Shown: positions 56,867 through 64,000 of the stretch, one piece after another
How positions within the stretch are numbered: position 1 is the first letter of the stretch
How the letters are laid out: the number at the start of each line of letters is the position of its first letter
IMG/VR virus record: IMGVR_UViG_3300042868_012782
Span: 1-64,000 of that record
Reading direction: 5' to 3' (one strand)
Length of the DNA stretch: 64,000 nucleotides
Source: a virus
Position numbers and translations under genes: made by a program
Notes under the pieces: model-generated
Told to the model about the DNA's origin: nothing
The model's input: only the letters and a program-made list of their open reading frames with translations
Database searches by the model: none

Positions 56867-58314
56867 ATAGTGATCCAGCAGCTGAAAGGGCAGTGCTAGC
56901 GGCCCTTTATAGGGGTGGACATGATTCCTGGGTAGAAGTTTCAGACATTCTTTCCTCCGATTGTTTTTCGTGTGGAAACAACAGTATCTATTATCGAATC
57001 ATGGAGAAAATGCTAGAGGATCCAGGGAGTAAAGCAGACGTCCCATCGTTCATGTCGACTGCTTCAGTGCTAGGGTTTCCGGATCTACTTAAGGATCAGG
57101 AAGAGCAGAAATATTTGCGCGCTCTCACGGTCACGGCCGTAGAATCAAGCAATCTTCGCAAGCAAGCAGCTCGATTAGTCAAGTTTCGTAAGGCTGCAGA
57201 GTTTGCTAGCGTGTTGAGGCGATCAGCCGACCGATTGGATGCTGTAACTGGAGACGAAACGCTAGGTGAGATATTAGGTGTTGGCGAAGAGGCAGTATTT
57301 AATTTCGTGGGAAATCTAGGAAGCCAGAGTGACACACTCTCTCACATCGGCAAGGACTTAGACGAATATTTAGAATATCTCGCAGCCAATCCTTCAGACA
57401 TGATGGGAGTAGGTTCTGGACTTCCGACCTATGATCAGGCGATAGGTGGGGGATTTCAGCGAGGCACTGTGAATGTGATTGGAGCGCGGCCAAAAACTGG
57501 CAAGACGCAGTTGGCAGACAACATAGCCCTTCATGCTGCTGGAAAATTGGGAGTTCCTGTTCTAAATTTAGACACGGAGATGTCAGCTAAGGAGCACTGG
57601 CATCGGATGATCGCCAATCTAGCAGACGTTACTGTTGACAGAATCAAGTCTGGCAAATTTGCCAGCGATCCATCGGAATCGCGCAGAGTGTACGACGCCA
57701 AGGAAAAAATTAAGGCGATGCCGTACCATTATTCCTCAATTGCTGGTCAAGCATTTGAAGAAACTGTCGGAGTCATGAGAAGGTGGCTGTATAGACACGT
57801 TGGCTTTGACGAGTCTGGACAATCCAAGCCATGCCTAATTATTTTTGACTACGTTAAACTTATGGATGATCGCTCAATCACCAAGAACGTGAGCGAATTC
57901 CAGGCGTTGGGATTCCTCATGACCAATCTGCATAATTTTGCAGTAAAATATCAGGTTCCAGTTCTTGCTTTTGTTCAATTGAATCGCGATGGGATTAACG
58001 CAGAGGACACTAGCACCGCCTCTGGTTCTGATAGGATCATTTGGCTTTGTTCAAACTTCTCTATCTATAAGTGGAAATCTCAAGAAGAAATGGCTGAAGA
58101 AGGCGTAGGTGCAGACGGAGTTCGTTACAATTTGAAGTTAATACCTGTTGTTACTAGGCAGGGTAAGGGAATTGAAAGTGGGGACTACATCAATGTCCAA
58201 GGACAATACGAATTTGGTCGACTTAGGGAGGGGCCAACCCGCAACGGGGTCCTCCGCACGCGCCCAGGGCGTTCAGGATTTGACGGATCAACAGCCCAGT
58301 CGCCCCAGTTTTGA
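56863..58314 (+). CDS. dnaB: Replicative DNA helicase
   Basis: AERAVLAAL; GARPKTGKT; DTEM; IIFDYVKLM; QLNR. Confidence 0.93.
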   Translation: MNSDPAAERAVLAALYRGGHDSWVEVSDILSSDCFSCGNNSIYYRIMEKMLEDPGSKADVPSFMSTASVLGFPDLLKDQEEQKYLRALTVTAVESSNLRKQAARLVKFRKAAEFASVLRRSADRLDAVTGDETLGEILGVGEEAVFNFVGNLGSQSDTLSHIGKDLDEYLEYLAANPSDMMGVGSGLPTYDQAIGGGFQRGTVNVIGARPKTGKTQLADNIALHAAGKLGVPVLNLDTEMSAKEHWHRMIANLADVTVDRIKSGKFASDPSESRRVYDAKEKIKAMPYHYSSIAGQAFEETVGVMRRWLYRHVGFDESGQSKPCLIIFDYVKLMDDRSITKNVSEFQALGFLMTNLHNFAVKYQVPVLAFVQLNRDGINAEDTSTASGSDRIIWLCSNFSIYKWKSQEEMAEEGVGADGVRYNLKLIPVVTRQGKGIESGDYINVQGQYEFGRLREGPTRNGVLRTRPGRSGFDGSTAQSPQF

Positions 58315-59335
58315 TGGTCTACGGGCAATTTCGGGCGTTGCAACTGAATATCTTGAGCAAGTACTATCATCACTCGGTTTAGATTACGTTGTGGCAGAAA
58401 ATGCAGTAGTCCTCCCGTGCCCCGTTCATGGAGGAGACAACCCGACCGGTTGTCGTGCCTATACCAACTCCGCATTTGGGTATTGGCAATGCCACACTCG
58501 TGGGTGCGAGCGCATTTTTCGCGACGACACATTTGGAATGGTGAGAGGCATAATTTCACGACAAAGATACAATTGGAACGCAGAGGGTGACAGAAAAGCA
58601 ACTCTTGGAGAGACAATTTCCTTCATCAGGCGATCGTTGGGAATTAAGGGGGAAGGCCCCAACATAGTTGTTGATCATTCGCGGCGTGAGTTTGTAAATC
58701 AGACTCGTCGTTTAGCAGTTGAGGACGGAGTAGAAGGTAAGTGGTGCCGCAAAACCATACGTAGCAGAATGGATGTGCCATCAAGATTCTTTTTGGGTCG
58801 TGGATTTTCGTACGAAGTCTTAGATCGATTTGATGTTGGCGAAACTCAGACGGGGCCATTTGCTGGCCGAGCAGTGGTGCCAGTATATGACCACACTGGA
58901 CGAATGGCCGTTGGCTTTTCAGCCAGAGCCACAACAACCAATCAGACGCCGAAGTGGCTTCACTCTCGATTTTCAAGAGCCAGAATACTTTACAACATGC
59001 ATTCTGCGTTCCAAGAGGCTCGTCGTACTGGAACGATCATCCTGGTTGAGGGGCCTGCTGATGTCTGGAGGCTGTGGGAGGCCGGTTATCACAATGCAGC
59101 AGCCCTACTGGGTATCTCACTCACAGATGCACAGCAGGTATTGCTGGAAGCGTCAGGAGCCAGCAAGGTTGTTGTGTTTCTTGACGACGACGAAGCAGGA
59201 CGCTCGGCAGCCATGAAGATTGTCGGACAGCTATCCCGATGCTTTCGCGTTGTTATTGCACACGCCGGTCACGGATTCGACCCCGCCGATCTAACGCCCG
59301 CACAACTCAAGGAAATTCTGGAGAGACTGAGATGA
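58193..59335 (+). CDS. dnaG: DNA primase
   Basis: CPVHGGDNP...CHTRGC zinc finger; TOPRIM VEGPADV and DDDEAG; start uncertain. Confidence 0.9.
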   Translation: MSKDNTNLVDLGRGQPATGSSARAQGVQDLTDQQPSRPSFDGLRAISGVATEYLEQVLSSLGLDYVVAENAVVLPCPVHGGDNPTGCRAYTNSAFGYWQCHTRGCERIFRDDTFGMVRGIISRQRYNWNAEGDRKATLGETISFIRRSLGIKGEGPNIVVDHSRREFVNQTRRLAVEDGVEGKWCRKTIRSRMDVPSRFFLGRGFSYEVLDRFDVGETQTGPFAGRAVVPVYDHTGRMAVGFSARATTTNQTPKWLHSRFSRARILYNMHSAFQEARRTGTIILVEGPADVWRLWEAGYHNAAALLGISLTDAQQVLLEASGASKVVVFLDDDEAGRSAAMKIVGQLSRCFRVVIAHAGHGFDPADLTPAQLKEILERLR

Positions 59336-59973
59336 TCATGGTTGGTATTGCTGGCAGAAAAGGTTCTGGAAAAGACACTTTGGCGAGCGGCATGCTTACG
59401 TGGTGGTTGAAATCTTACGGATTATTGAGGGATGGGAACGTATACCATATGGCTGATGTTCTTAAAAAAACATCTGTTGATTTGTTTGGTATATCAAGAA
59501 CATCTGTTTATGGTAGCCAGCAACAGAAGGATCAACTTACTCAGTATGGGTGGGGCGACATGCCAACATACGATATCATGACTGAGCCTCGTCCACCTAG
59601 AAACAAAAAAATGACATGCAGAGAATTCCTTCAGTATTTTGGCACCGAAATATGTAGAACAATGAGCCACTCTATTCACATAGATGCTACCATGAGAAAA
59701 ATACATTCCGACGAATCAGAATCTTCGGCGCTTGACTATTTAGTAGTTGTTGCAGATTTACGTTTTCCGAACGAGTGTGACGCTATACGCAAATCTGGGG
59801 GCAAAATTATTCTTGTGACCCGCGGCGACAACGAGAAAACTGATGAGCACTCTTCAGAAAACTCCTTAGATAATTATGAATTTGATGCAATTATTGATAA
59901 CGCATCTATGAATAAGCACCAACAGCTTGATGCAGCCATTACCTATCTGCGGGAGGCATTCCAATTATCGTAA
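59332..59973 (+). CDS. Deoxynucleoside monophosphate kinase
   Basis: GIAGRKGSGKDT; REFLQYFGTE; DLRFPNE; HSSE. Confidence 0.9.
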   Translation: MIMVGIAGRKGSGKDTLASGMLTWWLKSYGLLRDGNVYHMADVLKKTSVDLFGISRTSVYGSQQQKDQLTQYGWGDMPTYDIMTEPRPPRNKKMTCREFLQYFGTEICRTMSHSIHIDATMRKIHSDESESSALDYLVVVADLRFPNECDAIRKSGGKIILVTRGDNEKTDEHSSENSLDNYEFDAIIDNASMNKHQQLDAAITYLREAFQLS

Positions 59974-61016
59974 CATTCCTCAGATCTAGTTCTGTCGGCA
60001 GTTACGGGTGGTGCCCCCACAAATTTTTTATAACCTCCAATCTTGGACATAAGGAGCCTTCTGGAAAAAAGGCAGAGTCTGGGAACATTGTTCACAAAGC
60101 GCTTGAGCTGCTAGCTCGAAAAAAATTAGCTCATCAAAACAAGGAATCGACATTTTCGGATCCTGAAGTAGAGCGAGAATTTGCTACCGCAACATTTACT
60201 CCCGAGATGGCTGTTCAGGCAGGTTGGGATCACTATACCCATTTGGAACGCACTGTTCATCCGTGGACAAAAGGCGACTTCCAAAAATGTTACAATTGGA
60301 CCTGGGACGTGCTGCTGTTCAATGATGGGATGTTCTCTCCTGTTAACCGAAACGTGGTCATGCCTGAACAGTATTTTGAGATTGCTCTTGAGGAAGACTG
60401 GGCTAGCTATGAATACGAACTGCCCGACGGTCGAAAATATTCGGGCCAATTAATCCTCAGGGGAACAATGGATCTTGTTACTCGGGTCGGATCACGAATG
60501 ATTGAGTATATTGACTGGAAGACTGGTAAGCGTCGATGTTGGATTAAAGACAAGACCAAAGAATACGAAGACATGCAAAGCGACTTTCAGCTGCGTCTCT
60601 ATCACTATGCGTTGTGCAAGCTTTATCCAAACGATGAAATTCTTATGACAATCTACTACATCCAGGACGGTGGACCATACAGCTTGTGCTACCAGCGCTC
60701 GGATTTGCCCGAAACACTACAAATGATTCGTCATGAATTTGAGAAGATAAGATTAGACAACTTGCCTCGCAGAATCCTTGATCGAGATCCTAATAACTGG
60801 AAGTGCCAAAGACTATGTCACTTCTATGATGATGCTCATCCAGACTCTGGTTTGTCGACCTGCCATCACTTTAGGCAAGAGATATTGCAAATAGGTCTCA
60901 GTCGCGTAATCGCCAAGTACGCAAGGGGTGAGCCTTGGGCGGGATATGGTTCTGGCGGTGGCCGAACCGATCGACTAGATGAGGGACAGCCTGGCCCCCT
61001 ACCATCAAGTGCTTGA
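59964..61016 (+). CDS. PD-(D/E)XK (AddB/Cas4-like) exonuclease, probable ATT start
   Basis: Frame open from 59931; SSS...WCP, G..VHKALE, GTMDLV, IDWKTG, QLRLY, C-terminal Cys. Confidence 0.85.
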   Translation: MIVTFLRSSSVGSYGWCPHKFFITSNLGHKEPSGKKAESGNIVHKALELLARKKLAHQNKESTFSDPEVEREFATATFTPEMAVQAGWDHYTHLERTVHPWTKGDFQKCYNWTWDVLLFNDGMFSPVNRNVVMPEQYFEIALEEDWASYEYELPDGRKYSGQLILRGTMDLVTRVGSRMIEYIDWKTGKRRCWIKDKTKEYEDMQSDFQLRLYHYALCKLYPNDEILMTIYYIQDGGPYSLCYQRSDLPETLQMIRHEFEKIRLDNLPRRILDRDPNNWKCQRLCHFYDDAHPDSGLSTCHHFRQEILQIGLSRVIAKYARGEPWAGYGSGGGRTDRLDEGQPGPLPSSA

Positions 61017-61049
61017 CTGCGCACAGCAACATTTTTGGGAGCAGCTAGC

Positions 61050-61547
61050 GTGAATGAAGCGTTAAAGATTGGAAAAAGCGTGGTGCTGAATGAAGCAGAG
61101 CAACGCCTTGCGAAATACTTGGCCAAAGCTCGATACGTTAAAAATCGTCAATCTAATACCAATGATGGCAAGGTTGGTCCCCAAACTTGTGGCGAAACTG
61201 ATCTCGAAGGCATAGCTGCTGAGATTGCGTTCTGTAAGATGCATAACATCTATCCGGATCTTCAGCTTGAAGGTCGGCCGCCGCATGATGCAATGCTGGC
61301 TGATGGCACAACTGTCGACGTCAAAGCAACAAAGTATAGATCAGGACAGCTTCTGGCTGTTCCCGGTAAACTTAACAAGTCCGAAGGACTTGATTCTTAT
61401 TCGCTCGTGGTGGGCGAATTTCCTGGGCCATATGAGTTCCGGGGTTTCATGAAGAGGGAGGATCTCCTGCAGCTGGAGCGCCTTACCGATCTGGGCTATG
61501 GCCCAACGTATGCTGCTCAGCAAAAGGAATTGAAGGATACGCCATGA
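61050..61547 (+). CDS. Hypothetical protein, possibly PD-(D/E)XK fold
   Basis: G..AE.AF...D...DVKAT. Confidence 0.7.
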   Translation: MNEALKIGKSVVLNEAEQRLAKYLAKARYVKNRQSNTNDGKVGPQTCGETDLEGIAAEIAFCKMHNIYPDLQLEGRPPHDAMLADGTTVDVKATKYRSGQLLAVPGKLNKSEGLDSYSLVVGEFPGPYEFRGFMKREDLLQLERLTDLGYGPTYAAQQKELKDTP

Positions 61548-61870
61548 CACTGAACGAATATCAGTTTGAAGCAAACACAACCGCTATCTATCCCGACAGC
61601 GCCGCCTTAACATATCCCACCCTGGGACTGGCCGGTGAGTCTGGCGAGATCTGCAACAAGGTCAAGAAGATCATCCGCGACGACAGCGGATTACTTTCTG
61701 ATTCTAAAAAGCAGGCACTGATCGATGAGCTGGGCGACGTAATGTGGTATGTCGCAGCAATCGCTAAAGATCTAAAGGTCACGCTCGCAGAGGTATGTAA
61801 GCGCAACCTCGAAAAGTTAAATAGTCGCAGGGAACGCGGCACTTTGGGCGGTAGCGGCGACAACAGATAA
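61544..61870 (+). CDS. MazG-like nucleotide pyrophosphohydrolase
   Basis: LGLAGESGE...KVKK..RD...DELGDVMWY...N..KL..R. Confidence 0.92.
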   Translation: MTLNEYQFEANTTAIYPDSAALTYPTLGLAGESGEICNKVKKIIRDDSGLLSDSKKQALIDELGDVMWYVAAIAKDLKVTLAEVCKRNLEKLNSRRERGTLGGSGDNR

Positions 61871-62109
61871 TAGCTGTGACTCACCTTCCCATGATCCCGA
61901 AGTTGATTTCGGGATCATTAACTTTTTACTGTCGCCGATTATTGATTTGGATGACCCCTTGATTATTGTTCGCAACGAAAGTAGTATCCACGCATAGGGA
62001 ACTTCGGGGTGGCGCTGGCGGCGTATTTTTCGCTGAGATTCCCCCCCTTCTGGCACACCAGCAGCGCATGCCAGAATTTTATTTGTAGCCAGTCACGAGG
62101 GTTGTTACC

Positions 62110-64000
62110 ATGTCTTGGGTCCCGTTGCACGTTCATACTACGTACAGCTTGCTGGATTCTCAGTCTAAGCCCGACATGATTGCTGCTCGTTGTGAGAAGT
62201 TGGGCTACAAATCGTGCGCTATCACCGACCATGGAACACTAGCTGGAACAGTTTCCTTTTCAAAGGCTTTACGCAAAAGGAACATCAAGCCGCTGCTGGG
62301 ATGTGAATTTTACCTGTCGCCGAACGACCCCAAGATTAAAACTCCCGAGAATGGCGCTCACTCTCATTTGTGTGTGTTGGCAAAAGGTGAGGAGGGGTGG
62401 AAGCGTTTGATTCAGGCATCTTCACTGAGTAACAATCCCGATAATTTTTACAAGAAACCTAGGCTTGATGTTTTTACTTTGGGGCGCCTTATGGGCGGGC
62501 ACGCCATTGCATTTTCTGGTCATCCAGGAAGTGACTTATGCAATGTTTTATTTTCTGAACCACGGAAAGCTTATACCTGCCAAACCTATGACGAGGCCAG
62601 AAATTTAGTTCCAACCGACTGGGAGTCTCGATTGACGGCTCTGGTCAGAAAATATCAAAATTCATTTGGCATTGAGAACTTCTATATTGAAATTCAGACT
62701 GTTGATCAGGAAAATTTTCCTGCGGCAGCCGTCGCAGCAAAGGCTTTAAGATATTTTGCGAAAAAATACGGAATCAGGACAGTCGGAACGCCAGATGCGC
62801 ACTATCCAGCACCAGAAGACGCTAGCGATCAGCGCGTATTGTTGGCTACGTCACTGCAGACAACGCTGCCATCTATACGAGCAGCACTGGCTAAGCAGGA
62901 AGACATATCGCTTGGAGCTTTTTTTCGCAGTAATCGTTATCATATTCCATCTATTGAAGAGGTGCGATTGCTTCATACGCCTCAGGAAATTGAGGCCTCA
63001 CTAGTCATATCAGAATTGTGTGGAGACTTTGATCTACTTGGCAAGCCAAATCTTCCTCAGTTTTCTTGCCCGGAAGGAGTAGGGGCAGACGAATTCTTGC
63101 GGAGACTGTGTAGGGATGGCTGGCGTCGCAAGTTGCCGTGGATTGAGCATGATGGATCGCATTATCACTCTTACGGAGAGCGGATTAGGAAAGAGCTTGG
63201 AGTAATTACGGAAGCTGGGCTGTCTCCTTATTTTCTTATTGTGTCTGAGTATTGTGGATGGGCGCGGTCGCAGGGGTGGCTTGTTGGAAAAGGTCGTGGC
63301 TCAGGTGCAGGATGCCTTGTGTCTTATCTCCTAGACATTACTGACGTTGATCCTGTCAAGTATTCCTTGTTGTTTGAGAGATTCTATAATGCTGGACGCA
63401 ATCAGCCAGGAAGAGTGAGTCTTCCTGATATTGACTGCGATTTTCCTATTTCTCATAGAGACGAAGTCGTTCAGCATATGCGTGATCTGTATGGATCTGA
63501 TAAGGTCGCCCAAATGGTGACGTTCAGCCGCCTGCAGGGGCGTGCCGCAATCAAGGATGTAATGAAGGCGCACGAGAAAGGAACATTCGACGAAGTCAAT
63601 AGGATTACTGATCACATTCCGGATGAGGCGGCCATATCTGACGAACTCCAGGAAATGCGCGAGGACACCGGCGAAGCATCCATCATCCAGTGGGCACTAG
63701 AGAACAACGCAAACGGATTGTCGCCCTGGTGTCGATTGCTTGATGATGGAACGCTGGATGGTCCTCTTGCGGCCGAGTTTGCTCAGGCCATCAGACTGGA
63801 GGGAACTAAACGAAATCAGGGCAAGCACGCAGCCGGAGTCGTTATTGCTCCTAGATCATTGACTGATTGCTGCCCTATGGTATACGACAAGATTACGCAG
63901 CGTCAGATTTGCGGTTTGGAAATGGCTGACCTTGAGGCTATGGGTTTTGTGAAGTTTGACATATTAGGCATTGCTGCTTTGGACAAGATTCAAGGGGTAG
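62110..64000 (+). CDS. dnaE: DNA polymerase III alpha subunit (3'-truncated; not in ORF track)
   Basis: PHP LHVHTTYSLLD, ITDHG; GRGSGAG, LLFERF, LPDIDCDF, GKHAAG, KFDILG. Confidence 0.95.
   Translation, partial: MSWVPLHVHTTYSLLDSQSKPDMIAARCEKLGYKSCAITDHGTLAGTVSFSKALRKRNIKPLLGCEFYLSPNDPKIKTPENGAHSHLCVLAKGEEGWKRLIQASSLSNNPDNFYKKPRLDVFTLGRLMGGHAIAFSGHPGSDLCNVLFSEPRKAYTCQTYDEARNLVPTDWESRLTALVRKYQNSFGIENFYIEIQTVDQENFPAAAVAAKALRYFAKKYGIRTVGTPDAHYPAPEDASDQRVLLATSLQTTLPSIRAALAKQEDISLGAFFRSNRYHIPSIEEVRLLHTPQEIEASLVISELCGDFDLLGKPNLPQFSCPEGVGADEFLRRLCRDGWRRKLPWIEHDGSHYHSYGERIRKELGVITEAGLSPYFLIVSEYCGWARSQGWLVGKGRGSGAGCLVSYLLDITDVDPVKYSLLFERFYNAGRNQPGRVSLPDIDCDFPISHRDEVVQHMRDLYGSDKVAQMVTFSRLQGRAAIKDVMKAHEKGTFDEVNRITDHIPDEAAISDELQEMREDTGEASIIQWALENNANGLSPWCRLLDDGTLDGPLAAEFAQAIRLEGTKRNQGKHAAGVVIAPRSLTDCCPMVYDKITQRQICGLEMADLEAMGFVKFDILGIAALDKIQGV

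Noticed and set aside
61871-62109. Hairpin-rich gap before dnaE as tRNA or other ncRNA
   Set aside because: Stems are present (ATGATCCCGAA...TTCGGGATCAT) but no cloverleaf or T-loop consensus; insufficient support.
62756-63615. Small track ORFs near the window end
   Set aside because: They lie inside the continuous dnaE frame starting at 62110.
1-64000. Stop-codon reassignment, tRNA genes, reverse transcriptase/DGR
   Set aside because: Core genes are intact under the standard code with all three stops used; no tRNA or RT motifs noticed by eye (tRNAscan and HMM searches not run).

Overview
A 64 kb fragment of a large dsDNA phage genome. Nearly all genes lie on the + strand; the host is possibly a Planctomycetota-like bacterium (inference only). 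(1) 1-14.2 kb: an array of about 18 expression cassettes. Each has a GC hairpin terminator, then 3-7 tandem copies of a bipartite motif GGGAAT-N14-TGCAC, then an RBS and one to three small, mostly unrelated, often acidic ORFs. Upstream lies a 5'-truncated gene with an in-frame (TVDS)n tandem repeat and a C-terminal HTH-like segment. (2) 14-34 kb: many small genes, plus Gp157, a CsrA-like protein, a LexA-like HTH, a macro-like protein, a GNAT, a C5 DNA methyltransferase with a nested alternate-frame ORF, an HNH nuclease, a sigma factor and a DUF932-like protein. (3) 34-47 kb: glycosyltransferases, ThyX, a second sigma factor, a papain-like peptidase and tail/mucin-like virion proteins. (4) 47-64 kb: nucleotide metabolism and replication: intein-containing class II RNR, RecA-like protein with a Glu-starting class-3-type intein, DnaB, DnaG, dNMP kinase, a PD-(D/E)XK exonuclease with a probable ATT start, MazG and a 3'-truncated DnaE. 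All family assignments come from motif recognition by eye; no database searches were run.
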